A stretch of DNA of 64,000 bases from Octopus bimaculoides. Its lineage: Eukaryota. Of this stretch, positions 22,346 to 35,742 are shown one piece after another. The stretch spans positions 76,919,990 through 76,983,989 of the forward strand of contig NC_068981.1 in the NCBI RefSeq assembly GCF_001194135.2. The letters are read 5' to 3'. Each line of letters begins with the position of its first letter. Position 1 is the first letter of the stretch. The notes under the pieces were generated by a model. That model searched no databases. It was not told the DNA's origin and saw only the letters and a program-made list of their open reading frames with translations. The translations under genes and the position numbers were made by a program.

Positions 22346-25149
22346 TGTCACATATTTTTACATATATATATGTATATATATATANNNNNNNNNNNNNNNN
22401 NNNNNNNNNNNNNNNNNNNNNNNNNNNNNNNNNNNNNNNNNNNNNNNNNNNNNNNNNNNNNNNNNNNNNNNNNNNNNNNNNNNNNNNNNNNNNNNNNNNN
22501 NNNNNNNNNNNNNNNNNNNNNNNNNNNNNNNNNNNNNNNNNNNNNNNNNNNNNNNNNNNNNNNNNNNNNNNNNNNNNNNNNNNNNNNNNNNNNNNNNNNN
22601 NNNNNNNNNNNNNNNNNNNNNNNNNNNNNNNNNNNNNNNNNNNNNNNNNNNNNNNNNNNNNNNNNNNNNNNNNNNNNNNNNNNNNNNNNNNNNNNNNNNN
22701 NNNNNNNNNNNNNNNNNNNNNNNNNNNNNNNNNNNNNNNNNNNNNNNNNNNNNNNNNNNNNNNNNNNNNNNNNNNNNNNNNNNNNNNNNNNNNNNNNNNN
22801 NNNNNNNNNNNNNNNNNNNNNNNNNNNNNNNNNNNNNNNNNNNNNNNNNNNNNNNNNNNNNNNNNNNNNNNNNNNNNNNNNNNNNNNNNNNNNNNNNNNN
22901 NNNNNNNNNNNNNNNNNNNNNNNNNNNNNNNNNNNNNNNNNNNNNNNNNNNNNNNNNNNNNNNNNNNNNNNNNNNNNNNNNNNNNNNNNNNNNNNNNNNN
23001 NNNNNNNNNNNNNNNNNNNNNNNNNNNNNNNNNNNNNNNNNNNNNNNNNNNNNNNNNNNNNNNNNNNNNNNNNNNNNNNNNNNNNNNNNNNNNNNNNNNN
23101 NNNNNNNNNNNNNNNNNNNNNNNNNNNNNNNNATATATATATATATATATAATACAGAATGCGACAAGAATGCAAAACATCAAGAGAGTTAGGTGATAAA
23201 AGAGAGGGACAAAACATCCAGATAGACGATACAAAGAAATCACGGACGGGTCATTCGGAGTTTCCTCCATTCAGTCGAGATCCAGATTACCTTTGCAATT
23301 TCGGCTGGTTATTCCTCGATATTGCTCCAATCTGGCCAACCCCAAGGAAAAACTAAGCTAAAGCATTAGATTCCTTGGAAGAAAGGAGCCAATGTATACA
23401 AGAACAAGGACGGGAAAAAATCGAACAATGTTATTCAAATACAGTAGGAATAATAACAGGACAAACCAACAGATCTTTCGACTATATATATATATGTATA
23501 TATATATATGCTTATATACATGCATACATTCATGAATACATATTTATGTAGGTAGGTAGATAGATAGATAAACTGGATGCATTTGATAAATGTGTGTCTG
23601 TGTAATTATGAAGCATATAGTTCTTGAATATTACACACTTTAGCCAGGCTATTGTACACACAAAATATGAAGAGAAATTTAACATTTTAGAGTGTCATAA
23701 GAAATGGAAAATTTCTTTTAGCCGAAGGTGATCGACTATAAAATGGAAAATCAATTTATTTTCTCTTCACGATGTTTCATCAAAATATGTGGATGTATGA
23801 TTGTGTGCGCGCAGAGCATTTGTATGTGTGATTGTGTATTTGTGTGAATGCATTTACTGTGCATGTACACGTGAATGTGTGTACGTGCGTGTGTGCTTGT
23901 GTGTGTGCGCGCGTGTGTGTGTGTGACGGAGAATGTACATAAAATTCCAGATGGTTCAGCTTTCCACCTTCTGCTTGTATTCGTGACTTTTATGTAAATT
24001 TCCTATATACAAGCATACATAGATATATATNNNNNNNNNNNNNNNNNNNNNNNNNNNNNNNNNNNNNNNNNNNNNNNNNNNNNNNNNNNNNNNNNNNNNN
24101 NNNNNNNNNNNNNNNNNNNNNNNNNNNNNNNNNNNNNNNNNNNNNNNNNNNNNNNNNNNNNNNNNNNNNNNNNNNNNNNNNNNNNNNNNNNNNNNNNNNN
24201 NNNNNNNNNNNNNNNNNNNNNNNNNNNNNNNNNNNNNNNNNNNNNNNNNNNNNNNNNNNNNNNNNNNNNNNNNNNNNNNNNNNNNNNNNNNNNNNNNNNN
24301 NNNNNNNNNNNNNNNNNNNNNNNNNNNNNNNNNNNNNNNNNNNNNNNNNNNNNNNNNNNNNNNNNNNNNNNNNNNNNNNNNNNNNNNNNNNNNNNNNNNN
24401 NNNNNNNNNNNNNNNNNNNNNNNNNNNNNNNNNNNNNNNNNNNNNNNNNNNNNNNNNNNNNNNNNNNNNNNNNNNNNNNNNNNNNNNNNNNNNNNNNNNN
24501 NNNNNNNNNNNNNNNNNNNNNNNNNNNNNNNNNNNNNNNNNNNNNNNNNNNNNNNNNNNNNNNNNNNNNNNNNNNNNNNNNNNNNNNNNNNNNNNNNNNN
24601 NNNNNNNNNNNNNNNNNNNNNNNNNNNNNTATATATATATATATATATATATATATCGACCTTCGCAGTAATACATACCTACATTTATACAGATATATAT
24701 GTGTGTGTGTCTTTATATATGTTTATATGTACATGTATATATGTATATATGTATATATACATATAAACTTAATATATACCTATGTATGTGTTATGTTCCA
24801 ACATTTTTGATGATTTCTATGTATCTGGACATGATCGTACACTTAGAATAATAAATTGCCTAATTCATCAATGCTTCCAGACTAGCTGCGCTTCAAAATC
24901 AGGACGGTCAGTGATGTTTGCTTGTGCACTGTACTTTTATACTGGATGGCTTATGGTTGTGCAGTTTTTCCTGCCAGAAAGTGACCTTAGGAGCGTAAAT
25001 GTTATGCATAATCTGGTATGCTTTCGTAGCTTATATGTCTCACGCTAATTATAGCTTTTGGTCTTTATATGGGTACTGCTTCCGTAATCGAACGTCTATT
25101 TCTGTGCAAAATTCTATAGGGTATGATGGGTAAGCTAAAATCTTTGCAT

Positions 25150-25760
25150 GGAGCGGCTTCAATAACGAATTGAATAATCACACTTAAACAACCAAACTCA
25201 AAATCAGAATGATATTATTGTATTAACCTCCATACAATAAAGATATAATTCTAAATAATTGCAAACAGCTTGCTGAAACTTCTCCACATTCAGCAGACTT
25301 TATAAAATATTTAATCGAAAATCAGTTAATGTTGTTTGTAGATGTCTGGGTATCTGAGAATCATAGGGTTCTAGCAATAATCAGAAATGCCGAAGCAGAA
25401 TTGATTAATCTCAAATGAAAATTAACAATAAGCAAATGCCAACCTCATTATGCTAAAATGTCTGCCGAAAATGATTTTTTTTAAATTGGTAAATGCAGGG
25501 AAAAGACATATGTCGAGTTAACTGCAATGTAATTTAAAACTCGATACAGCCAGAATGACCATTTGTCCATCGCAAAGTATAAAAATAATTCCACTTCATT
25601 ATCTAAATACATTTCTTATCTAAAAGACAGTGATGAAACAAATTTTACAATAAAGTGAGGTTTAATCATTTCTGAGACAGAAAATTCATACAATTTTCCA
25701 GGTAGAAAATAGTATTTATGAACAAATGAACGTTTCTCAATACCAACACCATCTGCTAAT
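25150..25760 (+). mobile_element. Decayed Penelope-like element, linker plus GIY-YIG (same type as 20520-21590)
   Basis: With stops and frameshifts: SGFNNEL, PPYNKDI, LYKIFNRKSVNV, EKTYVELTAM*FKTRYSQ, NSTSLSKYISYLKDS...FTIK*. Confidence 0.7.
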
Positions 25761-26363
25761 ATCTTTAACATGAGTAAAGTAATCATTTCTTATTGATTAA
25801 CCGTGAGTAACTTCAAACTCCAAACATTTAGTCACTTATCTAAACGATACCTGTTTGAATTGCAAGCTGATTGAACGTACAACAGAAATGCAGAGGTAAC
25901 AACGTAACATTCTAAACATGAAATAAATGCCAGGAGAGCAAAATTTGAATTTGGGAAAATTTAATAACAGAGAATTTCCAAAATCCTTGTGTGTTACGTT
26001 TCTTCAGTATATAATGATCTCCTAACAGTTCCTACGGAGATGTGATATAAATTTCTTATGGACGTTGTATATCAACTAAAATTTCCGATGATGTTAGCGT
26101 GTAACGAACACACATCCTAGGATAACTAATGAACGGGATTTGTCCAGGAACCACCTTGGTGTTATACGTTTTTAATACTGAAAAACATTATGTGTCTCCA
26201 CAGAAGATCTGTACAAGAGAAAAGATGTAAACAATAACACGAAAACATCCAATAGTACAATATATACTCCAACGAGTATTTAGTAATATATTTCCATTTC
26301 GTTATGAATTACATAAGTCTATGTATCCGTGATTCTGTATGTACACACGTATGTCTGTATATG

Positions 26364-26396
<33 letters not shown>

Positions 26397-27075
26397 NNNN
26401 NNNNNNNNNNNNNNNNNNNNNNNNNNNNNNNNNNNNNNNNNNNNNNNNNNNNNNNNNNNNNNNNNNNNNNNNNNNNNNNNNNNNNNNNNNNNNNNNNNNN
26501 NNNNNNNNNNNNNNNNNNNNNNNNNNNNNNNNNNNNNNNNNNNNNNNNNNNNNNNNNNNNNNNNNNNNNNNNNNNNNNNNNNNNNNNNNNNNNNNNNNNN
26601 NNNNNNNNNNNNNNNNNNNNNNNNNNNNNNNNNNNNNNNNNNNNNNNNNNNNNNNNNNNNNNNNNNNNNNNNNNNNNNNNNNNNNNNNNNNNNNNNNNNN
26701 NNNNNNNNNNNNNNNNNNNNNNNNNNNNNNNNNNNNNNNNNNNNNNNNNNNNNNNNNNNNNNNNNNNNNNNNNNNNNNNNNNNNNNNNNNNNNNNNNNNN
26801 NNNNNNNNNNNNNNNNNNNNNNNNNNNNNNNNNNNNNNNNNNNNNNNNNNNNNNNNNNNNNNNNNNNNNNNNNNNNNNNNNNNNNNNNNNNNNNNNNNNN
26901 NNNNNNNNNNNNNNNNNNNNNNNNNNNNNNNNNNNNNNNNNNNNNNNNNNNNNNNNNNNNNNNNNNNNNNNNNNNNNNNNNNNNNNNNNNNNNNNNNNNN
27001 NNNNNNNNNNNNNNNNNNNNNNNNNNNNNNNNNNNNNNNNNNNNNNNNNNNNNNNNNNNNNNNNNNNNNNNNNNN

Positions 27076-27111
<36 letters not shown>

Positions 27112-27340
27112 GAGAGAGAGAAACAAATAGTAAATGAGTATATGCATATATACGTACAGGTATGTGCATACCGACATCCACCTGTATGTAGAGGTGCATA
27201 TCTGTGTACAGGACATTGCAAACAAAACGTAGACAAGAAAATAATGATAATCAGAGTACAGAAAACACACAAGCCACATAGAGAACATTTTCCTTCATCA
27301 GCTACCCCCGTTTTAACACCGGCGTTTCATGTATATATAA

Positions 27341-27522
27341 CAATTGCAGCGGGGAAGGTGTTTATAAGCCATTCAAAAACACTTCACTTCAACATTTAAT
27401 TTGCCGAAATATTTTCGTCGCTTTGAGACCGTGACCTGATCACTGACAAAATTCCGTGCTGGCAAATTAACGGTTTTTGTGTCTTTTTAAATGGCTTATA
27501 AACACATTCCACGCTGCAATTG
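27341..27522. repeat. About 42-bp inverted repeat within an interspersed repeat
   Basis: caattgcagcggggaaggtgtttataagccattcaaaaacac (27341-27382) versus reverse complement of 27479-27522, caattgcagcgtggaatgtgtttataagccatttaaaaagacac. Confidence 0.85.
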
Positions 27523-27816
27523 CTTTGGCTTCAGCACACGATCTCAGATCAGGTAACTCGCAAAGCAAGTACATTTCCGTGATATATATATATGTAAAGC
27601 CTGATTTATTCGTGATCAGAGGCGTTTGTAAACCGAGGTACTACTGCCTTAAATGAATATGAGAAATATGATCATGCAGACACGTAAAAGAGAACTCAGA
27701 ATATGAGTATATGGTTATATTTATTTACATTCAGTAGGAGAAACTGAGTGATTTAAGATCTGAGAGTTTCGTGCATTGGCAGTCATCAAATTATAATGAA
27801 TATGTATATCTGGTGA

Positions 27817-27857
<41 letters not shown>

Positions 27858-27871
27858 TCATTTTTACTCTA

Positions 27872-28025
27872 TTACTTGTTTCAGTCATTTGACTGTGACC
27901 ATACTGGAGAACCACCATTAGTTGAGCAAATCGACCCCAGGACTTATTCTTTTTAAGTTTAGTACTTATTATATCGGTCTTTTCTTGAACCGCTAGGTTA
28001 CGGGGACGTAAACACAGACACACAA
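27872..28025 (-). mobile_element. SINE family B, 3' half
   Basis: Reverse complement matches 58385-58530 (gtttacgtcc.cgtaac.tagcggttc...ataagtcctggggtcgattt...cagtcaaatgactgaa). Confidence 0.75.
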
Positions 28026-28870
28026 ACATATATACACACACACACACATNNNNNNNNNNNNNNNNNNNNNNNNNNNNNNNNNNNNNNNNNNNNNNNNNNN
28101 NNNNNNNNNNNNNNNNNNNNNNNNNNNNNNNNNNNNNNNNNNNNNNNNNNNNNNNNNNNNNNNNNNNNNNNNNNNNNNNNNNNNNNNNNNNNNNNNNNNN
28201 NNNNNNNNNNNNNNNNNNNNNNNNNNNNNNNNNNNNNNNNNNNNNNNNNNNNNNNNNNNNNNNNNNNNNNNNNNNNNNNNNNNNNNNNNNNNNNNNNNNN
28301 NNNNNNNNNNNNNNNNNNNNNNNNNNNNNNNNNNNNNNNNNNNNNNNNNNNNNNNNNNNNNNNNNNNNNNNNNNNNNNNNNNNNNNNNNNNNNNNNNNNN
28401 NNNNNNNNNNNNNNNNNNNNNNNNNNNNNNNNNNNNNNNNNNNNNNNNNNNNNNNNNNNNNNNNNNNNNNNNNNNNNNNNNNNNNNNNNNNNNNNNNNNN
28501 NNNNNNNNNNNNNNNNNNNNNNNNNNNNNNNNNNNNNNNNNNNNNNNNNNNNNNNNNNNNNNNNNNNNNNNNNNNNNNNNNNNNNNNNNNNNNNNNNNNN
28601 NNNNNNNNNNNNNNNNNNNNNNNNNNNNNNNNNNNNNNNNNNNNNNNNNNNNNNNNNNNNNNNNNNNNNNNNNNNNNNNNNNNNNNNNNNNNNNNNNNNN
28701 NNNNNNNNNNNNNNNNNNNNNNNNNNNNNNNNNNNNNNNNNNNNNNNNNNNNNNNNNNNNNNNNNNNNNNNNNNNNNNNNNNNNNNNNNNNNNNNNNNNN
28801 NNNNNNNNNNNNNNNNNNNNNNNNNNNNNNNNNNNNNNNNNNNNNNNNNNNNNNNNNNNNNNNNNNNNNN

Positions 28871-28902
<32 letters not shown>

Positions 28903-29200
28903 GGAGCATTTCTTAGTGATTAGGGTGTTGCATTCACGATTGGAAGATCGTAGTTTCGATTGACAGACCAGGCGTTGCGTGGTGTTCTTCAGCAAAGCAC
29001 TTCATTTCATATTGTTCTACGATCATTTCGTCATCTGACATGTAGCACACGGTGCACTTGTATAGGTGATGTCGGTTTAATGAAGGGAGTGAGCTTATGT
29101 GAACACAAACATTCGACCACTATAAACAAATCATCTATGTGATTGTTCGGCAAGAAATTGCCGAACCTTCATACGTCGTCTAACGAGGGGAGAGTCCATT
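28903..29200 (+). mobile_element. Decayed tRNA-derived SINE
   Basis: Head tagtgattagggtg...gtagtttcgattgacagaccaggcgttg resembles the tRNA-like head at 58679; internal perfect 9-bp hairpin with a GAAA loop at 29145-29166. Confidence 0.5.
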
Positions 29201-29405
29201 ATATATATATATATATATATAGATCAACAACTAGATTACTCCAGCCTGCAAGAGATAATTATCATCTAATTGTACATGGTGTTAAAATAAGTGCACTGAG
29301 CTTGAAAGATTGCTTCGAGACACAAGGCACGTTATAAACATCTGCAAAATTCCTGTCTCCACGGCATGATAGTTTTAGTAGCTCTTAATTTAACACTGCG
29401 TAAAG

Positions 29406-29451
<46 letters not shown>

Positions 29452-29697
29452 NNNNNNNNNNNNNNNNNNNNNNNNNNNNNNNNNNNNNNNNNNNNNNNNN
29501 NNNNNNNNNNNNNNNNNNNNNNNNNNNNNNNNNNNNNNNNNNNNNNNNNNNNNNNNNNNNNNNNNNNNNNNNNNNNNNNNNNNNNNNNNNNNNNNNNNNN
29601 NNNNNNNNNNNNNNNNNNNNNNNNNNNNNNNNNNNNNNNNNNNNNNNNNNNNNNNNNNNNNNNNNNNNNNNNNNNNNNNNNNNNNNNNNNNNNNNNN

Positions 29698-29747
<50 letters not shown>

Positions 29748-30257
29748 GAATTTAGGTTAAAATGTATGTATACATTTCTTATTTTGCATAATTAATGTAA
29801 TTGTTCTTGTTTATAACCTGCGTAATTACAAAATTCTACTTATTCCCTGCTTGTGTTGATTATTGTTTCTCTATAATTTAGTTTTATTACTCAACTAGAC
29901 GAGGTTTAAAATATTGATGAGGTCACGAGTTTGAGTGCCCAGCCGCACTTGTTGTAATTAGAAAGTCTTGTATTCATCATATAGTCACGGTATTCACAAG
30001 ATTGCTTTCATTCACTCGAAATCTTAATAATACCAACAACAATAATGATATTAACAACAACAATAACAACAACAACAAGAATACTAATGATGATGATGAT
30101 AATTATGGAAATAATAATAATTCCTCTTAATGTTGGCAGGAAACTAGAAGCAAAATGATGATGATGATGATAAGTAGGAAGAGAAGGAGAAAGGGGAGGA
30201 GGTAGTCAAGGAGGAGGAGAACAATAACCAAAACACTAACAAGAAAAAGAAAAAGAA

Positions 30258-30288
30258 TATGAAGAAGAAGAAGAAGAAGAAGAAGAAG

Positions 30289-30318
<30 letters not shown>
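30258..30318. repeat. (AAG)n microsatellite
   Basis: Direct run; source of the poly-K ORF. Confidence 0.95.
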
Positions 30319-30319
<1 letters not shown>

Positions 30320-31170
30320 TATCAATACTATATTGTCAACCAAAGACTATTCATGCCCACCATATTATTATTCGAATGCATACAGATGCATGCATGCGTG
30401 AGTATGTGTGTATGCATACCGTTGTGTGTGTGTGTGTGTGTGTGTGCGTTTTTGTCCTTGAAGTTATGTAGTCGAAATAAGTGTTAGCAAGTATATTCGA
30501 CGCATAAAACAAATTACATCCAAAGAGATGTAAGAGCATCCACCCACATGAATTCGAAGGCACCTGCTGCTGCGAAACAAGGCCTAATAAATCTTTATAT
30601 CTAATGACATCTTAGCAGTTTTTGCCTCAGGCAATCCGTGCAGGGATTTATATGTTCCTGACTGCATTTCTTCTGTCATTGAGATACTCCTGATCTGAGT
30701 GGGCTAAACAATCTATGATTTAAGGTCAGTGTCTTGCTGTCCTACTCCTCAATATCATTCGTTTTGTTTTAAATCTAGTATTACATTTTGCAGGATGCAG
30801 GTAAACTGACGGGTCGGCACCGTTTCGTAGAGAATAGCATCAAACTGTTTGTTTTCTTTTCATCCGTGTTTATTGTTTTCTTAGCCATTTTTCTTTTCTT
30901 GTTGTTACCGACGTTTTCGCCATTTTCACTTGTCTCCTCCCCTTCCCAACAGGTGTAATACGATTAATTTATACTCGTCTTCATAACCAGTCTTGTGCGT
31001 GACAATGAGGCCCTTTACTTCTCGATCATTTTCAGGCTCTGGTGTTGATAGTACTGAGGATGAAGTGGTTTTATTAACTTCTACTCTGCAGCTCTCACCT
31101 CTGTGTACTTGGGTTGTTGCCGCTGTTAAATATAATGCAGCCTACTATCTATCCTATCTGTTCTCTCTTT

Positions 31171-31226
<56 letters not shown>

Positions 31227-32863
31227 GGGCAAAAATCTCATCAGGTCTGTCTGTTAGCACACTGGACCTTCTGCCCTTCATCTCCTGTCTGATAGACGCC
31301 TCCTCCACTCCTTAAAGATATACGGAAATAGTTTTGTGGTCTTCGAGTATCGTTAGAATATAGATATCCATACAAATCTCACGCATGCTGCGAGTCAGTT
31401 CCGTGCTCTCCAGGTGTCCTTACTGCTGTGCAGCTTTTAATGACAATCCAAGTGTCTCTGTCTCTAGTCGTTGTCCTATTGTAACTAAGCTAGTATTCTG
31501 CCCCATGTCGGTGAACAGACATGCGAACACCCGCTCTACACATCTCTTCCTCTCGTTTTTGTTCATAAAATCTCAAAACTTGTTTCAATATGATCTGTCC
31601 CAGATATTTGATATATCCGTATCTGAATATATACAGTGTTTCCACAAAGGTTTCTTTTTAGAACATATGCGAAACCCAAGCTCCATTATATACATATATA
31701 TATTATTTGTACATAGGTAAAAAATATTTGAAGCTGGTCAATTCATAATCGTATAAAAATGAGTGTAGAAATGACGAGATTATACAATTTCCATATTAAA
31801 AATTCGATGTTCTAAAACACTTAGTAAACATCAAATCACATAAAAACAAAATATGTAACACAATTTAGGTAATGCACTCATATGTAAACTCAAAGTACCC
31901 CATAGCTCTGAGAAAATTCCGCACCTTTTTCTCCGATTTAGGGCTTTTTTAAGATTCTTTCTCCAGGTAATTTAGAAGAGCCGTTTGTAACTTGTCTACG
32001 ATTCGAACACCCTTTATTTAGCGAGTTCATGTTTTTGGTGAACCACAATTTCCTCATCACTTCAACCTCCATTCATTTCTCGTCACTACAAGATGTTTGG
32101 ATGTTATTACTGGGAGTGGAGTCTTCTGGGTCCCTTTCACTGGTCGTTGAGCCAGATAAAAAGATGAGATGTTCAACCATTCTGAAGGCTCAGACTGATA
32201 GCCTTTTGTAAACAGAGGTTTCTTGATTCTGCTGTTGTTGCTGCTGGCTCTGCTGCTTTCCGTCACTATCACCCACCACATCTGCATTTTCGTCTCATCA
32301 GAGCAGATAACCTACAAGTATCTCAACTTGATGTCGCTTATTTTCCTGCACCGACAATTGCATTGTAGCCTTCAGAGATTATCAATACCATATGTCTATG
32401 CGGATCACGCCCAACCACATGTATTTTTAAACATCGTGAATTCTTTAACAAGTTGCTCGTGTGCGCCACAAAGATAAAGATAACTAAAGATAAGCAAAAG
32501 TCTCGGAACATGACTTTTGTGTTCCACTGGCTAATAGATTGTGTCAAGTACCTATAGCCAATTGTTTAGTGCATCAAGCAAGCCTGATGCTTCGTTTCCT
32601 TCTAGATAAAACATATAGTCTCAAAAGCATTCCTTGACTGATAGAAACCACAGAATTTGATATAGTAATCATTCTTTTTGCTTCTCATTTATGGGTTAAT
32701 GAATACTTCTCCAGATTTTCAGTAGTCAGAGATATACCACTTTTCAACTTGCTTTCTCTGCGATAAAAGCGTCAGGTAATGATGTACAATATTTCATGGC
32801 ATACCTATTTTAGACTCTTTTTGTTTTAGGTAAAAAAAAAATAGATAGATATATGGCAGTTAC

Positions 32864-32895
<32 letters not shown>

Positions 32896-33380
32896 TGAGA
32901 GGGAAGTAGAGAGACGGAGTGAGAAAGTTTACCTATATTCTGAATAATGTGTTCGCAGACAATATTGACAAAATATTTGTTGGCATATTTTTATCGTTTT
33001 TCATTTTTGAGAGCCGTTGTGAGCGTTATTTTTCCTGGTTAATAAACTGATTTATTTACATCTTTATATATGTTATCATTTTTGTCTTTCAGTTTCTCAA
33101 ATCATTTCTTGAACAGAAAATTTTATAAGACCTGTTCAAAATTGTTGACGCTCTCTTTGCTAAACGATAAAGAATATTTTGTGCCACAAGGACACGAACG
33201 CTTACAAAATAAAAGAAAATTATTTACCTCATTCTTAGGTGAAAGCGGAAGATATTTACGGATTCCAAAGCGTAGTCATCCAAAAACCAATATTTCTTTA
33301 TTTTCTTCTCCATTAAGTATAAACGATGTAAACAGATTTTTCCTCCGCTCTAAGTCTAAACACACCCGCATTTGCCCAAA

Positions 33381-33436
<56 letters not shown>

Positions 33437-33457
33437 ACAACAACAACAACAACAACA
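33381..33457. repeat. (TAC)n(AAC)n microsatellite
   Basis: Direct runs, just beyond the 3' end of the minus-strand Tx1-like LINE. Confidence 0.95.
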
Positions 33458-33464
33458 TTAATAA

Positions 33465-34832
33465 TGATTTCTTTTATTTGCCACCAGGGCAATGGATAAG
33501 GGGAACAATACAAAGACAGACATAAAGTGTGGGGATTTACATATGATAGAATGATAAATAAAAAAGTATACACGGCATACATAAGAAGAAAGGAAGTATA
33601 CATAGTATACCACACAAGAAGAAGAGGGGGAAAGTGATAGTGATGGGGTCCTCCTGATACAGGAGGACGTCTAGGGATAATCGAAGAACCTCGCCGTCTA
33701 AGATCACCCGAATACCAAGGATGAATGCCCTCTCCTACTCTTTCCTTCCGACTCACATGTCAACACTGAGAGTGGTACCATCCATCGTTGCCATTTTCGC
33801 AACTTTCACCCACCTTTTCATAAATTCACTAGAGGACGGCATCTCTCTCTATCTCTCTCTCTATCTCTACCCACACTTTCCTTTTCAAGTGAAACTTGAA
33901 AAAGCGCATGAGGGCTTTACCAAAAAGGAATGTTTCAGCCTCGTCCACCAGACTACCTCTTTCTCCACAGCCACTAGACGAAGGAAAACTGCCTTGCCTG
34001 CCCGATTAAAGGAAAGAGGTGAGGCAATTATCATCATGGACTCGGCTGACAGACGGATCTGTCCTACACGCGACAACAGCTGTGTATAGCTACGATCCTT
34101 TAACTATATATGATCTACAGATCCTATTGCCTGACTTGTAGAGAACAATGAGAGCCTGACGACATTCTAAGTGTCAGGCGCCCAGTCGCGGCCTATCATT
34201 TACCCAGGACTGCAGCTCCTTCAAGAAGTAATCGTTGCAGGTGGCCATGTAATACCTAAGCCCCCACGCAGAGGAGTTGGCAGCAGACTGACCGCCTGAC
34301 CATTGGAACGCGTCCCTTCCACAAGAAAATAAAAACAATACGCTACCTCTAATCAAGCAGTAACCGGAACAAGGCACGACGGTCAGACAAAAATAATGAC
34401 AGCAGTGATGTAGTCATTCGTCACCTCTGCCCGATCTTTCTGGGACAACTTCTTCTCCACCCATTTCTGGGCAAGACAGGCTACCTTGTTCGTCTCTTCT
34501 TCCCAATTCTTATCCACCTGGCGGTCGGGACCAAACCAGACCCCGAGCAGTTTAAGTGGTCCGTCAGTCCAGGGTCTGACAGCATCAATCTGCCTCTCCA
34601 GGTGCCCAGTTATAATCCTATCGACTTGGCGGCATTGATTTGTGTTCCTGCAAGCGATCCATAATCGCTTACAATGGAACCGACAGTCTTTACTTCGGAG
34701 GCGTCCGGCACCAGGAAGATGATGTTGTCCGCGTACGCTGACAGACATTGCTCTCCTGAGTCCAATTTCATACAGAAGTGGTCCAGCACGTACAGAAGCG
34801 GTGACAGCTGGCAGCCCTGACGGACAGAACGT
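33465..34832 (-). mobile_element. 5'-truncated Tx1/L1-clade LINE (RT C-terminal part to 3' UTR)
   Basis: Minus strand reads RSVRQGCQLSPLLYVL and LSAYADNI (YADD-like, 34735-34724), then PLKLLGVWFGPD..NWEE...W.EKKLS.KDRAEV, typical of L1/Tx1 RT; decayed downstream ORF and GC-richer composition. Confidence 0.8.
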
Positions 34833-34834
34833 GC

Positions 34835-35120
34835 GATACTAAACAGTTCCGATAGGATTGCTTCAACTCGCGGAACAGAGATTATGTGATCAAGCTAGAG
34901 CATTAAGAAAAAATCGTTGGTTCACAGACGTAGAGTTCGAAGCTATCAAAAGACAGGTACTAGAAAAAGCTGCAGACGAAACGATGAAAATACAGTTCCT
35001 ACTGATAAAAGTAATCTCATAGCAGAAAACAGGGGTGAAATCTCTTGTAAATCAAAGGAAACAAACAGTGATAGTTGCTCGATGAAAGACATATAGATGG
35101 TTTGGAAGAAGACAATAAAA
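34835..35120 (+). mobile_element. R4/Dong-type LINE, N-terminal ORF fragment
   Basis: GLLQLAEQRLCDQARALRKNRWFTDVEFEAIKR; clearly homologous (roughly 80% by eye) to 36183-36400. Confidence 0.7.
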
Positions 35121-35121
35121 C

Positions 35122-35158
<37 letters not shown>

Positions 35159-35161
35159 TAC

Positions 35162-35253
35162 CAGCCAATGTATGCACATTATCAGCCAATGTACGCATAT
35201 TATCAACCAATGTACGCATATTATCAGCCAATGTACGCATATTAACAGCCAAT
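35162..35253 (+). repeat. 21-bp tandem repeat, 4 units plus a partial
   Basis: Units cagccaatgtacgcatattat start at 35162, 35183, 35204, 35225; partial at 35246. Confidence 0.95.
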
Positions 35254-35742
35254 ATTCGCCACTACCCCAGAAGGAATATGAAAACACAAACCTGAAGGTA
35301 TCGTTGAAAATAGAAATGTAAAGTTCGTATGGGATTTTATGATTCAGTGTGACCATGATATAGAGAAGAGGAAGTCAAACATAGTCCTAATTGAGAAAGA
35401 AAACAAACTATGCTAGATCATAGATATAGCATAAGAAAAGTTGATAGATATGACAAGTTACCTTGGCTTGGAAAGTTAAGCACTTGTGGTCGATGAAAAA
35501 GGTGGCAGTAGCACGAATAATTGTCGAGCCCTAGGAAGAGTGAGCAAAAATCTCGAGAAGTACGTAGAAAAAATAGGGGCTACAATAAGCGTGGAACACT
35601 TGCAGGAAACAGCACTGCTTGGAACTGCCCAAATACTCCGGAAGGTGCTTGAAAAATAAGAGGTGTTACCTCTTATTTCTGTTCACTGGTAGTGAACAGC
35701 TAACACTGTAGTACTTTTCAAGCGTTAGAAGATGTAGAAAGC

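Noticed and set aside
23236-23283. Minus-strand CTGAAT-GGAG GAAA CTCC-GAAT...GTC, hammerhead-like
   Set aside because: The stem II tetraloop hairpin is good, but both core strands deviate (no CUGANGA, GAAT instead of GAAA) and stem I does not close; at most a decayed relic.
32285-32302. Minus-strand CTGATGAGACGAAA
   Set aside because: Only 3 nt lie between the core strands, so no stem II; stems I and III do not form.
30950-32560. Short open stretches on the minus strand (e.g. DGKQQSQQQQQQNQE, KGRRSSVLTDRPDE)
   Set aside because: Interrupted by stops, no consistent splice signals, no family recognised.
35162-35253. Possible CRISPR-like array
   Set aside because: Head-to-tail repeats with no spacers, eukaryotic context, no cas genes.
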